Part shown: piece after piece, positions 45,301 through 56,794 of the stretch
Position numbering within the stretch: position 1 is the first letter of the stretch
Layout: each line of letters begins with the position of its first letter
NCBI GenBank assembly: GCA_907165135.1
Contig: OU015566.1
Span: forward strand, 12,834,001-12,898,000
DNA length: 64,000 bases
Origin: Oikopleura dioica
Taxonomy: Eukaryota; Animalia; Chordata
Direction: 5' to 3'
Made by a program: the position numbers and the translations under genes
The notes under the pieces: model-generated
The model's input: the letters and a program-made list of their open reading frames with translations, nothing else
What the model was told of the DNA's origin: nothing
The model's database searches: none

Positions 45301-48300
45301 TTCCCTTGATGATTTGATACTGGGCGATTGTTGCTGTAGTTTGGGAAGCTCCCATGTCGAAGAAGAGGATGTTCTTGGCTTTGGACCAGAGTTCGAAATC
45401 CCGCGTTTGCCCGGGGGAAGATACGGGCACGGGCAAGAAAGTGAAGATTCCCGAGGGCAAAAGCGGTCACGGGCAAAAAAACGAATTTTCCCGCGGGCCA
45501 AGCGGGCACGGGCACAATAAAAAATATTCCCGCGGGCAAATTCGGGCACGGGCAAGATTCCCGCGAGCTTAAACGGGCACGGGCAGATTCAATGCACCTT
45601 ATGAAAAAGTGTTTAAACTATTTAAATAGCGTGGAAATAGACACCAAATACCTGAGGGAGTATATTGAAAACAAATCTGCATACAGAACTGTTATGACGT
45701 GCTTTTTTTAAGGTTAACGAAGTTTTCCAGCTCATTTCCGTCTTATAGACCCCCGAACATTATACCGGTATACCTTTACAAATCAACAGAAAATTTAAAG
45801 AACTTTAACGGTTCAAAATTCTAGAAAACTCCACTTCCGGTCGGTTCTAGAGCCGGAAGTTGACGTAATTTAGGTGTTATGGTGAAGTGTGACCTATCAA
45901 ATTGATGCTCAGACGATTTTCTATCATTTTAGACCTAGAATCAAGACCAACCGCGGTAAAATAAACCCGAAAAAAGTGAAAAAAAAAATTCATCACTTTA
46001 TGCCTTTTTTACATAATTTTAACGGTCGGTTTGACCAGGTTTGGGACTGTTTCTTCTGAAATATTGATTTTAGGATGACTCGAAATCTTCTGAGCATCAA
46101 TTTGATAGGTCACACTCTACCATTATAACTAAATTTCGTCAATTTCCGGCTCTAGAATCGACGGGAAGTGGAGTTCTCTAGAATTTTAAACCGTCAAAGT
46201 TTTTGAAATTTTCTGCTGATTCTAAAAAAGTATGGTGTTCGGGGGTCTATAAGGTGGAAGTGGGTTGGAAAACTTCGTTAACCTTAAAAAAAGTCAAAAA
46301 GGCGAAATTTTCAACTCCTGGAAAGAATTCTTTTGAGCGAAATTTTCGCGAAAATTTTCGGTAAAAAGCGAAAGCGAAGCGAAGCGAATTGAAATTACAA
46401 AAAGCGAAAGCGAAGTGAATTCGCTTCGCTTCGCTCATGAGCGAATTCGCAAAGCGAATCCAAGTCGCCGTTTCCCCAAGTTGGGCAAACGGAGATCTTG
46501 GGCAAACTCAAAATTTGGTTTGATCGATTCTTCCCCAAAGTTGCAATAAAACTCAAATCGCCGATTGAAAACATCTAGGCAATAAAAATACCATGAGATT
46601 TTTTTCTAAAGGGAGATCTGAGAATCTGAGGGTCCCAAGCCCTCTGGGACTCTCAGTTTAGCCGCGCGCGCCTAGCGCGGCTAGCCAATCAAATGACGGT
46701 ATTTTTCCGCAGTGCGCCGCACTCTAAATTCTTTATTCTGAGGTACCCAACAGGATCTGAAAGAAATTTCTAGACTTCCCCGAGAGTGAAACGGGGAAGC
46801 GAGGCCAGGGGCCTTCTCCCTCTTTAAAAAAATCTCATGGTAATTTCACAAACCGTTTTAGAATACGTCCAATTTTAGCTCAAAAGTAAGTGGAAATGAA
46901 CTGCGAATTCAACAGTTCCTGTCCGAGTGGTCTCAGTTTGCCCAAGTCGCCGTTTGCCCAAGTCGCCGTTTGCCTAAATCGCCGTTTGCCCAACTTGGGG
47001 AAACGGAGATCTTGGGCAAATGGCGATGTGAATAAATTTAGTGTGATTGATCATGTAACATTATTTGGCTTCTCAAACGTCAATCCTGAATTCTTCAACG
47101 CTAATCCTGGCTTCACCAACTTCAATCATGTCTTCTCCACTATCATTAATATTATATCAATTATGGTATTTCCAACGTCGATTCTGGGTCAACATCGTCA
47201 ATCTTAGCTTCACCGACTTCAATCATGGCTTCTCTAATGTCAGTCCCGAGTTCTTCGACGTCAATCACGACTTCTCCAACGCGAATCCCGTTGACGTTTG
47301 AGCCACCAACATTGATTTCTGAAAAGCTCGGATCGAAGTTGTTGAAGCCGGGACTGAAGTTGGTGAAGCCAGGATTGACTGTGGAGAAGCCAATACAACA
47401 AAGTTATATGATCAATCAATTTAATTAATTCACATCGCCGTTTGCCCAAGTCGCCGTTTGCCCAACTTGGGGAAACGGAGATCATTCGGTCGTAGTTTCT
47501 AACTAGCTCCTAAAATTTGCGATTTAAAAATCCGAATTGATTCAGGGTCTTATTTTGGAAAATATTTAGCAGTAGAAAAAAATGTTCCCCCGGGCTGCCC
47601 TCGGGAATATTTCGTGCGGGAACGCGGGCAAACCGCCCGTGCCCGTTTATGCCCGCGGGAATCTTCTCATTCATGCCCGTGCCCGTATCTGCCCGCGGGA
47701 AAATTTCTTATAGTGCCCGTGCCCGCTTGGCTCGCGGGAAAATTTGTTTTTGTGCCCGTGACCGTTTTTGCCCCCGGGAATCTTAAATATTCTGCCCGTG
47801 CCCGCCCGCCCGCCGCCCCCTTGCCCGGGAGCCGCAAAAATTTCGAACTCTGCTTTGGACTCAATTTGTTTTCGATTGAAGACTCCATAGTGAAGGGCAA
47901 CGGCGGTGTTGGTGTTCAAAAGTTGGTGGAGCTTGATTCCAGCGAGTTCGGCAGCCGCAATTACTGATTTTCGCTCGACCTTGGAGAGAAATTGCTATTT
48001 AGAAATCTGGAAACTGGTTTTACCTGTCCCCAATCAGAAGGAACAGTAATAACAGCATCGTAAATTGGTCCTTCAGCAAATTTCGAGGCAATTTCTCGCG
48101 CATGGCCGAGCACCATCGCCAACAATGACTCCACTGTGTAAGTGACATCGCCTTCTGGATGCTTGAATGCTACTGTATTTCGCTCTGTAGGAACAAGCTC
48201 ATAGTACCTAATTAATACTAAAGGGGAATTCAAGTGGATAATACTCACGGGAATTTCTGCTGGAAGTCTTTAACAACTGGATCGTCAATAGATTTGCCGA

Positions 48301-48760
48301 GGATAAGTGGGAAATAACGGTAGCTAAAAACCGTCAACATGACCCTTTCTTTTTCAAACAAACCTGTTGTGTGGGTATCGATTGCCAGAAGTAACAGCAT
48401 CGCTTCCAAAAAGTCGCTCTCCATTTCTCATAAAAACGGCGACTGGGGTTTTTCTTTTCGATTCTTTGTTCAATGCGATTTCCATTGGAACACCAGGCTT
48501 GACGATGGCGACCTAAAATGATCGAAAAATCAAGAAACCAGAAAGCCAAATTTGGTAAAAAATTTATATAAATTATATTATGACGAATTAGACTAATCAA
48601 TAACTAGAGTTTTACGCTACTCTCGATATTTTCGAAAAAGCTATAAATACAAACGTTCGCTAAAACTAACCTTGAACCATTCGGAGCCTAAATCAACGGA
48701 CATGACGCCCAAACCGGCGGCATAGCCGAGCAATGCCACGGCCAGAATGAAAAACCTCAT
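42391..48760 (-). CDS. HYOU1: Hypoxia up-regulated protein 1 / GRP170 (ER Hsp70-family), interrupted by an exonic hAT insertion
   Basis: Signal peptide followed by [43 protein letters not shown] and [10 protein letters not shown]; long acidic insert; ends ..HDGSEL. Confidence 0.92.
45742..46253. mobile_element. Palindromic MITE (~170-bp TIRs) nested in the hAT element
   Basis: CTTATAGACCCCCGAACA / TGTTCGGGGGTCTATAAG ends with long imperfect inverted arms; possible TA TSD. Confidence 0.8.
46460..47485. repeat. Nested inverted and tandem repeat cluster (CCAAGTCGCCGTTTGC units; ~21-nt internal tandem repeats; small inverted element at ~46588-46846)
   Basis: Inverted match between ~46990-47050 and ~47400-47460; ATACCATGAGATTTTTT / AAAAAATCTCATGGTA pair. 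Confidence 0.7.
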
Positions 48761-49205
48761 TCTACAAATTCAAATTATTCCTCTTCTCCTTCTTCTTCTT
48801 TCAAGATCTCTACACAATTCGTTTTACAGATAACAGGAGAAAAAACTATCGGAAAGCGAAAAAACTGGGAAAAATGTGACTCAGCGGGAAGTCGCCAGCG
48901 CCACATCAGTACTCGTGAGCCAATCAGCGCCGCGGAAAGGGGCGAAAGAGCCAGTGAGAATCTCCCGTCGAGGTTGACAAAGCGATTTTCCCCTAATTCT
49001 TCCAGTAATTTCCAGTTTAGTCGAGAACATGAAAAAAGCTTACCCGACAACACGAGAAAAGGAATTTATTTAGCCAAATATGCGATTGCAACCATTTTTA
49101 TTGTTTTATTTGGAGTAGAAATTCCGATGCAGTATCTAAGCAGTTTTTTGTTTCTTCTCGGCATTTGGCTAAAAAATGATTGAGAACTTCACTAAATTTT
49201 TCTTC

Positions 49206-49672
49206 TTACCGTTTCGGATGCATTTGATTGAGGACGTTTCTTGGCGAGTCGTTTCTTGCAAATCTGCATGTGGCCGGTAATCCATCCAACCTTTTGGCAT
49301 TCCTGAAGATTTTATAGAAATGCATTTTCAGTGGGAGTATACTTACTTTGGAACAGTAAAAGTGGTTCAAGCAGCAATGGCCAAAAGGTTTCTCGCCGCA
49401 AATATCGCACTGAAGCATGGCCACAATCTTGTCTTTATCAGACTTGAGCTTCTCATAACGACGGGCCGAGTTTTCTAGTTCCTTTCGAAGTTCGGCGATG
49501 ATCTTCTTGTCATCTTGATTGCGAAAAGTGTCCGTTTGAACACCCTTAACAAAGTTGTTCTTTCAAGTTATTCTGGAGAAATAGCCTTTACCTGATCACG
49601 TCGTTGAGGTCTGTCATCAGGATGATATTCCTGTTTGATCTCCGGTTTTTCTCTCTTTACTTTGGCTTTCAT
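49206..49672 (-). CDS. Small coiled-coil + MYND zinc-finger protein (last exon undefined)
   Basis: The spliced product reads CDICGEKPFGHCCLNHFYCSK|ECQKVGWITGHMQIC, a ZMYND8/11-type pattern. Confidence 0.75.
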
Positions 49673-50023
49673 CTTGTGTGTGTTCTTCTCTCTCTCTGTT
49701 TTTAGGCCTCTTGGAGCTTTGATATTCCGAAATAAAATTTCGAAAATTCAAAAGGGAAAACCTAAAAAAATGGGAGTAGCCAATCTATGTAGCCTGAATT
49801 GAATCACTCCAAGATTTTGAGATATTTTCCAAAAAATTGCGAATTAATGGAATTTCTCTCGGAATCGGCTGAATTGGCAAGAAATCACAAATTTCAAAAA
49901 ATCAGGATTAGCACCTCCGCTGTGATAAAAAAAATTTTGATAACGGAATTGATGACGAAATTGATGGCTTAGAATGATTTTTGCAACGTAGTGGGAAAAT
50001 GTAAGCAAACTCGTTTTTGAATT

Positions 50024-51090
50024 TTATTGTTTGAAGTTGAAAAGTGCTTCTTCGGTAATTTTCTTCACAAAATTTTCGTACTCGACGTTGTCATCTCGTC
50101 TTCCACCAACAGAGTCCAGGAAGTTCCAGAACTCATCGCTTTCCTGCTGCGAAAAAGGCTCTCCATCTGTCAGTAGTAGTTCTCGAAGTCGTCTTCGGGA
50201 CACGAAGGATCGTTTTCTGTCTGATTCTTTCAACTTGACAAATGTCCTTAGAACATCAACTTTACTTCACAGCGCACTTTAAAAACTGGTATTTACCGCT
50301 TGTCAGTCGCGCCGTAAGATTTCTCGTAAAAGACGGGCTTGAAGTCCGAGTCCTTTTGCTTCGTCTTCTCGACCGAGTAGAATGTCGTGAGTCCTCGTTG
50401 ATGTCGATTTCTGAACCCTCTCTCTCTTGCCCGTTTCTACATCGTTCTTACTGTACCTGGCAGTATCGACAGCATCGATGCATTCAAAAGCGTCGAGAAC
50501 TTCGCTTTGCCGATCGTTGAGTTTTTTCAGCTGAGACATCATCAGTAAAAGCTCCTATTCAGAGCTCTCTCGCGATTTTTTTTACTACTGAAATGGATAG
50601 TTATGCACTTATCCTTCTTCCTCTTTGACAGGTAAAATGATAAATAATGACAACTCTTCCTGAAAATTTATCTCGCCATCGTTGTTAACATCGACCATGA
50701 GCATGATGCGATCCACCCTCTTGTCTTATCAAGATTCAGTCATCAAGTGAGCTACTGACTGTAAAGGATAAATACCGGAGTTGGTCGTGGAAGTGAACCC
50801 AGCAGCAAAGAGAGCTGTTCCAAGTTCGTCCCGGCTAATTGTTCCGCTAGAAGCGGGTTACAAATTATTTATTCATCAAGCTAGAAAATCGCCTCGAAGC
50901 GATCACTTTCTTTCGAAACCCTTCTTTTATCCAAATCCAGCGACTCAAACACCTCCCAATAGCTTTGAATTTCAAACTTATTGAAGAACTTTTCCCACTT
51001 CTTGTAATCAAAGTTCTTCAACCCATGTTCTTTCTTTTCTTTGACAGGTTTTAGGTTGAAAACCAGCGCTTCATTCTCTTTTTGGGACAT
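50024..51090 (-). CDS. Calmodulin-like EF-hand protein (EFCAB2/DRC8-like)
   Basis: SGTISRDELGTALFAAG, EVLDAF and LLTDGEPFSQQESDEF..NVEYENFV across short-intron exons. Confidence 0.6.
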
Positions 51091-51771
51091 TTTTTTCGTG
51101 TGACACTGTCAGATCTCAGCAAGGATTCTGGTAATTTTGCCCAATTTTGCTTTTAAATGTCACCGATCAAGGCGAGATTACCCCCTCAGACTCACAAATA
51201 TCGGGAACCACTTGCTCCAATTTTCCTTTTTATTGCCCTGATTTCTGGCTAGAATTAGACATGAAGACAACTGGCATCAATTTCATTTTGTAATAAAGAA
51301 ACTCTTTTATTCAAATCAACATTAATTTTTGAATTTTCAGCAAATAATTCATAAAACAGGACTCAAAACAAAATGCAATCAAATCAGACAGAACCAAATC
51401 AAAAAAGAATATTTCAAACAGGCAAAACAAAAAGGTGCAAATTCGCATTTCACGAATGTCAAATTAAATAAATATTGAACTCAAAAAACATCAGAAGAAA
51501 GCAGACAGTCACAGACAGACACAACCATAAAAAAACAATAAAACTTCAAATCAAAATTCAATCATCAAAGGTTAAAAAGAAAAGTACGTTGAAGGGTTTT
51601 GGAATTACACTTACTTTTTAGTCAGTTAAGTGGTCTAGTCTTCAACAAGTTGTCCACAGCTATTAAGTCGTTTGATGGCGCGTTCTTCCGCCGGAGTTTG
51701 GCGCAGTTGCTTGGCGTATTTCAATAGCCCACTAGAACCTTTTTAGCACAAGAAAAAAGGCGGATAAAAGG

Positions 51772-52417
51772 TTACCTTCGAGTAGTTTTGTGAGCATCAG
51801 TCATGACGAGTTCCTCCTCTTTCATTCTTCGTCGCCATGCTTGGATTCTCAGCAGCTCCCCTTTTAGAAATTCTGGTGTCCACACTCCGATTCGCTGGAT
51901 GTAGGGGAACAGGAAGATGTCGAGGAAACCAGGTGCTTTTCCGCCAAAGTAGCGGCCGCATCGAATCAATTCGTTTTCGAAAATTGCTAGACAAAAAATC
52001 AACCAAAAACTCCTTAAAAAATTCTTACCAAGAGACTCCATGAACAAATGAAAGGCGTCGTTTCGATGGACATTGTCTTCCATCATGACGCCAAAGACCT
52101 GAACCATTCTCTGATTGAAGCCGAGCGCGAGCTTCAATTGTCGTTCTCGCTTTCTTTCTTCTTCTGGGAAAAACTTGATCCCAAGTTGTTCCAGCGCTGC
52201 TCCAAGCTCGATGATGTTCTGAAAGCTTCGCCCCTCGACTTGTACTGTGCCAGACAGTGCTTCATCTGTGACGAGTGAGGCTTGAGCGCCAAGATTTGTC
52301 AGGCTGAGGCGCATTTGCTGGGCGTAGATGCAGCCGGGGGTCGAATACAGAGTGATTTCTAAACGGAAAGTTTTAGTTTTGGCCTGGATCTCTTAGAATA
52401 AACGTACCGGTGTCCAT
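51772..52417 (-). CDS. Glutathione S-transferase omega-like protein (3' end uncertain)
   Basis: LYSTPGCIYAQQMRL at the N-terminus; YFGGKAPGFLDIFLFPYIQRI..WRRRM in the C-terminal domain. Confidence 0.65.
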
Positions 52418-53178
52418 GGTCTTTTTTTGCCTCTTGTCTCTCTCTCTCTAAAGCGCAGTCTGATCTGCGAAAACCGACCGAGGTCGGGGCGGTGCCTGCT
52501 GCCTAGGGGGGTTTAGCCGAGGTGGACTCTTTGACGTCACAACTCGGACACGATAGCCAAAAAACGTGAGTTTTAGAACTGCTCTTCTACGAAAAGCAAG
52601 ACTGTATTTTCTTTGATCCGTTCTAGAAAAAAGGCGTGCTTTTATACGAAAAACGTATTTACGAAAATCTCGTGTTGAAGTAATACACGACGTGTTCAAA
52701 TAATGAAAATTGCTAAATTGGCGTTAGATCTGGTTTTCTCCGGCCGTAACCCGACTAGATGAGTCCAAAGAGTTAAGACACGAACCTGGAATAAATTTCG
52801 AAAATGACTCCTTTTCGCAATTCAAGCTAAAGCTCTAAGAAAAAAATGAACGAAAAAAGCAAGAAAATCTAACGTTTGAGCTTTCAGAGCCGTAAAAAAG
52901 TAATCATAAGACGTGTTACGTAACAGTTATGAAATCGAAAGCGTTTTTTCAGATTTAAGGGCATAATAAAATTATTAATACATATAATAATATTGTTGCT
53001 GAATAACGCACAATGCGTAAGGGACATTTTTCCCTTCAAAAAAAGAGGGAAATTCTCAGTCGGAAAAGTCTCTAGACGCATTTATTGTGAGCGCTCTTGT
53101 TTTCAAGCGATAAACAGATTTATCAAGAAGCTACTCTTTCCCAGGAACACAAAAAAAATCTTCGGGAATAGATCAAAC

Positions 53179-55878
53179 ATGGGCAAAAACATGCAAAGCA
53201 AAACATATGACCAGAGAGAATGGGTCAAGCAGTTTCTAAAGAATCCAGAGTTGGTGACTCCTCTGGCAGATCAAAGGATGAGGTTGTTGGAGACGATCGA
53301 CAGGAAGACTTTCAGGAAGGGATAGCAGCGTTTCTTTCCGGATTTCTTACACTAAGACGGTTTCTATTCGTATGTAAAGAGAAGCAAAGATGTACCGTGA
53401 ATGGAGGTACTTGAAATTTCATGCAGAGGGCAAAAACATCTTTGGAAACCTCTACCGTTCTGCAAAAGACATCAACAAGCGAAAACGCATGGACGTTTGG
53501 AAAGCCTCTGTGTCTCAGCGAATCATTCTTGAGGAAAGTCCAGAGCTATTGAATGTCATTATTGCCAAAGATTTCATCCCGGAAGACACCGACGCGGAGG
53601 AAGTGGAGAAAGAAGAGATTGAGCGGCCAGCATCGAATGAGACAATTGCAAACTATGGCGGCGAAAGTAAAATATTCTACCAGAAGACGCCTTTTGCTGA
53701 GGAAGATCTTGTCGTCAGAGTTCAAGCGTTTGATCGCGGGCTGTTTTCGAAGCCGTACGAATTACGAGTTTATATTCATTTTGCAAAAGGTAAGCAGTTT
53801 TTCCTTAGAATTTACAAAAATGGTTCGATATTCCTGAATCTCGCGATTGTATATAGGTCAGATGTACCGATGGATTGTTCCGGTAGCACCTGCAGCCAGT
53901 AGCAGGTGCTCCCGTAGACTCCAGTAGATTGTGCCCTCATTTCGTCGTTCATAAATAGCGCAAAGTAGTCTGATACTCAAAATTTAATTCAGAAAATGAA
54001 ACTTTACTAATCCAACTTCGTACGCATTGCTCTTTATTATTAAACATTTTTCTGTTCTATAAAATGAAATTTCTTATGTTGCATACAGATTTTCGAGTCT
54101 TTCAATTTGAATTAAAGAAAATAAAATTGTGTTGAAGATCTCTTGTTGAGGCTATTATTATTAATTTTAATGAGGACTGACTCCTTTGACACTCATGTCA
54201 CAAGAACAACAATCGATATTTAGATTTTCCAACTGCCGTAAACGATGAATCAGACCCAGACAAGTGCATCCCTCGCAATCCTTACATAGTCGAGCATCTT
54301 GTCAACGTAGAAATCTTCCACAGAAAAGACAACAAAATGCTCGACTGTATCGGCTGGGTCACCTTCATGCCAAAAGCAGAATGCGATTTGTGGGACATTC
54401 TCAAAGAAAATCGACTGACCTGGGAGCCGCGGAAGATCATTTTGAAAAAGTACTACGATGGATTTGGATACTTGCGACAAATGGCAGCAACCGTTTTGCC
54501 CGTTTTTCCGTTCTGCCCAAATGCCGTTTTGCCCAGAATTCCGTTCTGCCCGTTCAGGGCAAAACGGAAAAATGTGCAGAACGAATTTTCGGGCAAAACG
54601 TCATTTTCGAAGCGAAATTTAGAAAATTATTTTGAATTTGATGATGAAGGCGAAGATTCGGTTGGCCCAACCCCCGCCGAGTGAGAACATGCAGCAGGTG
54701 TCGAGCCCAGTGAAGGAGATGTAAGGGACCACGCCGCCGGTGTTAACTTCTGCAGAGGCTGCCCCTGGGCCCAAGTTGGAGCAAGTCTCGGTGTGAATCC
54801 TTGAGTAAACATAAACTGGGGGCATCCTGAGCTGGGAATTGTGATCGAGCACGGCCCAGATCATCCTCAAGACTGAAGATATGAAAGATTAAAAATTAGA
54901 ATTTTAATTCTGCGCTATCGTTAAAGTCTTTTGATGATAGATTTTTGAAATCACTTCCAATTATTATCAGCTGCTTAAATCAAAGTAACTTTCTTAATTA
55001 CTTCCGGTTTGGGATTAGGGGGAAAAGGAGAATCTACCTGCACATTTGGTTGCGCAGCTCACAGAGGCCTTTTACCCTAGTTGGTAATTTTTCAGAAAAT
55101 TCAATTTTTGCTGTCTTCCACATCTTCATTTTTGAAGATCATCAAGGCTGAGCTTGATCATGATCTCTGGCTCAAGATGCCCCCAGTACTCAAGGAATCA
55201 CGCCGAGACTTGCTCCAACTTGGGCCCAGTCTCTGCAGGAGCTCACACCGGCGGCGTGGTCCCTTGCATCTCCTTCACTCGGCTTGACACCTCCTGCACG
55301 TTCAAACTCGGCGGGAGTTTGGCCAACCGAACCTAAATTGATGATTGTACAGGAGAAAAGATTTGCATTTTTAAAAATGAAGCTTTACTTTTTGAAATTT
55401 TTCATTTTCCAAAATGCCGTTTTGCCCAATGCCGTTCTGCCCAAAATTCCGTTCAGCACATTTTTCCGTTTTGCCCTGAACGGGCAGAACGGAATTTCGG
55501 GCAAAACGGCATTTGGGCAGAACGGAAAAACGGGCAAAACGGTTGCTGCCGCGACAAATCGGCCTGAGATATTATGATCGAAAACCAGCGAACATTTTGA
55601 TGCATCATGGAGAGCCGAAGATTTGCGATTTCGGTTTGGCTTGCATGTCAAAGCCGAAGGAGTCGTTTCAGCAGATGGGCTATCTGAGGAAAGGGGCCAA
55701 GTTTCAAAGTGAGATGGGAAGAAGTCTTGGAGCTGGTACTCCTGGTTTCTGCTCGACTTGTCAATTGTTTGATGGCTGGAATACGATGATACCGATTTTC
55801 CGACTTACTGTCTTCTTCATTTTTGACTGGCCTTCAGGAACGGTCCTTGAATTATCAAATACTATTTTGATGCAGTAA
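53179..55878 (+). CDS. Atypical protein kinase / pseudokinase interrupted by an exonic Mutator-like insertion
   Basis: GGESKIF, MPKAECDLWDIL, then after removing the insertion GYLRQ|IGLRYYDRKPANIL..KICDFGL..GTPGF. Confidence 0.65.
54483..55550. mobile_element. Mutator-like non-autonomous element with long TIRs
   Basis: Ends GGCAGCAACCGTTTTGCCC / GGGCAAAACGGTTGCTGCC; exact 9-bp TSD GCGACAAAT at 54474-54482 and 55551-55559; inverted arms extend ~390 bp. Confidence 0.92.
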
Positions 55879-56176
55879 TTCAATTTGAGAACCACAATAA
55901 AAGCCTGGCAAATTCTGTACAATGGAATCGACGAAAACGAACGAGAAGAGTACAACAAAATCATGTCCAGTTGTGGGATGAAAGACACGTGCTACTGGTT
56001 ACGTAATCTGTTCCGAGTTTACTTTGATGGTGGATATGCCGCTCATCAGGGATATAAAATATGGCCATTGACGTTTTTTTTTTAATTCTCAGAACTTATG
56101 TTCGATCGAGGGTTAGTCAGTTCTTTCACTGAAAAATAGGTTTACATTTTATATCTCTGCTGCTAATGACGAGTTC

Positions 56177-56794
56177 ATGAACAATCTTCCAAGCCACGTG
56201 ACAATGATCAAACTGCCAATCTCCGAAGCTGCCAATTTCGAAGCCCTGCGAAAACGAACCGAGAGCGTCTCTCTCCAAGCAATCAATCATCAGCTCTTGA
56301 AAAAAGTCGACCCTTACCAAGATTTCGGCGTCAGCGATCAGAAAAGCGCAAATCTCTGCATGGCTCAATCTGCTGCAATGCTACTGAAACACGCTTTCGA
56401 GGAGAAAATCGCGAAAGACGGCACTAGAAACATGACGACAAGGGAAGTGAGAATCGACCGCATCATTTTTTCACTGACAATGGATTTGATACCGATCGGA
56501 ATGAACGGCATCGATCCGAATTTGACGAAAGAAGGCGAGAATGTGCAACAATTAGAAATAATGAGAGTACTCAAGCGTTTGACACACGAGAGCTTCTTCG
56601 AACCAGAGGGGTGGAAAATGATAGCAAAGAAGCTTTATCTGAGCAAAAAGCACAAAGACCTTTTTGGAGAACCAATCGACGATCACAAACTCACCTACGA
56701 AAGAGGTACCAAATCTGAGCTCAGCACCCTGTGTAGAAAACCTGAGTCAGGGTTTGAAAGATCTGTAGTGAAAAGCCGCGACTTCCAACCCTGA
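56177..56794 (+). CDS. Hypothetical protein, possibly downstream exons of the kinase gene
   Basis: 205-aa ORF with host-like codon style; further coding-like segments lie at 56855-57304. Confidence 0.45.
   Translation: MNNLPSHVTMIKLPISEAANFEALRKRTESVSLQAINHQLLKKVDPYQDFGVSDQKSANLCMAQSAAMLLKHAFEEKIAKDGTRNMTTREVRIDRIIFSLTMDLIPIGMNGIDPNLTKEGENVQQLEIMRVLKRLTHESFFEPEGWKMIAKKLYLSKKHKDLFGEPIDDHKLTYERGTKSELSTLCRKPESGFERSVVKSRDFQP

Larger units (their letters stand above)
45387..47852. mobile_element. hAT-type non-autonomous element carrying nested MITEs, inserted in a HYOU1 exon
   Basis: TIR CAGAGTTCGAAAT / ATTTCGAACTCTG; exact 8-bp TSD CTTTGGAC at 45379-45386 and 47853-47860; GGGCACGGGCA subterminal arrays at both ends. 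Confidence 0.93.

Noticed and set aside
45231-45572. ORFs in the GGGCAC repeat arrays (also 47614-47967)
   Set aside because: They are repeat-derived open frames within transposon subtermini.
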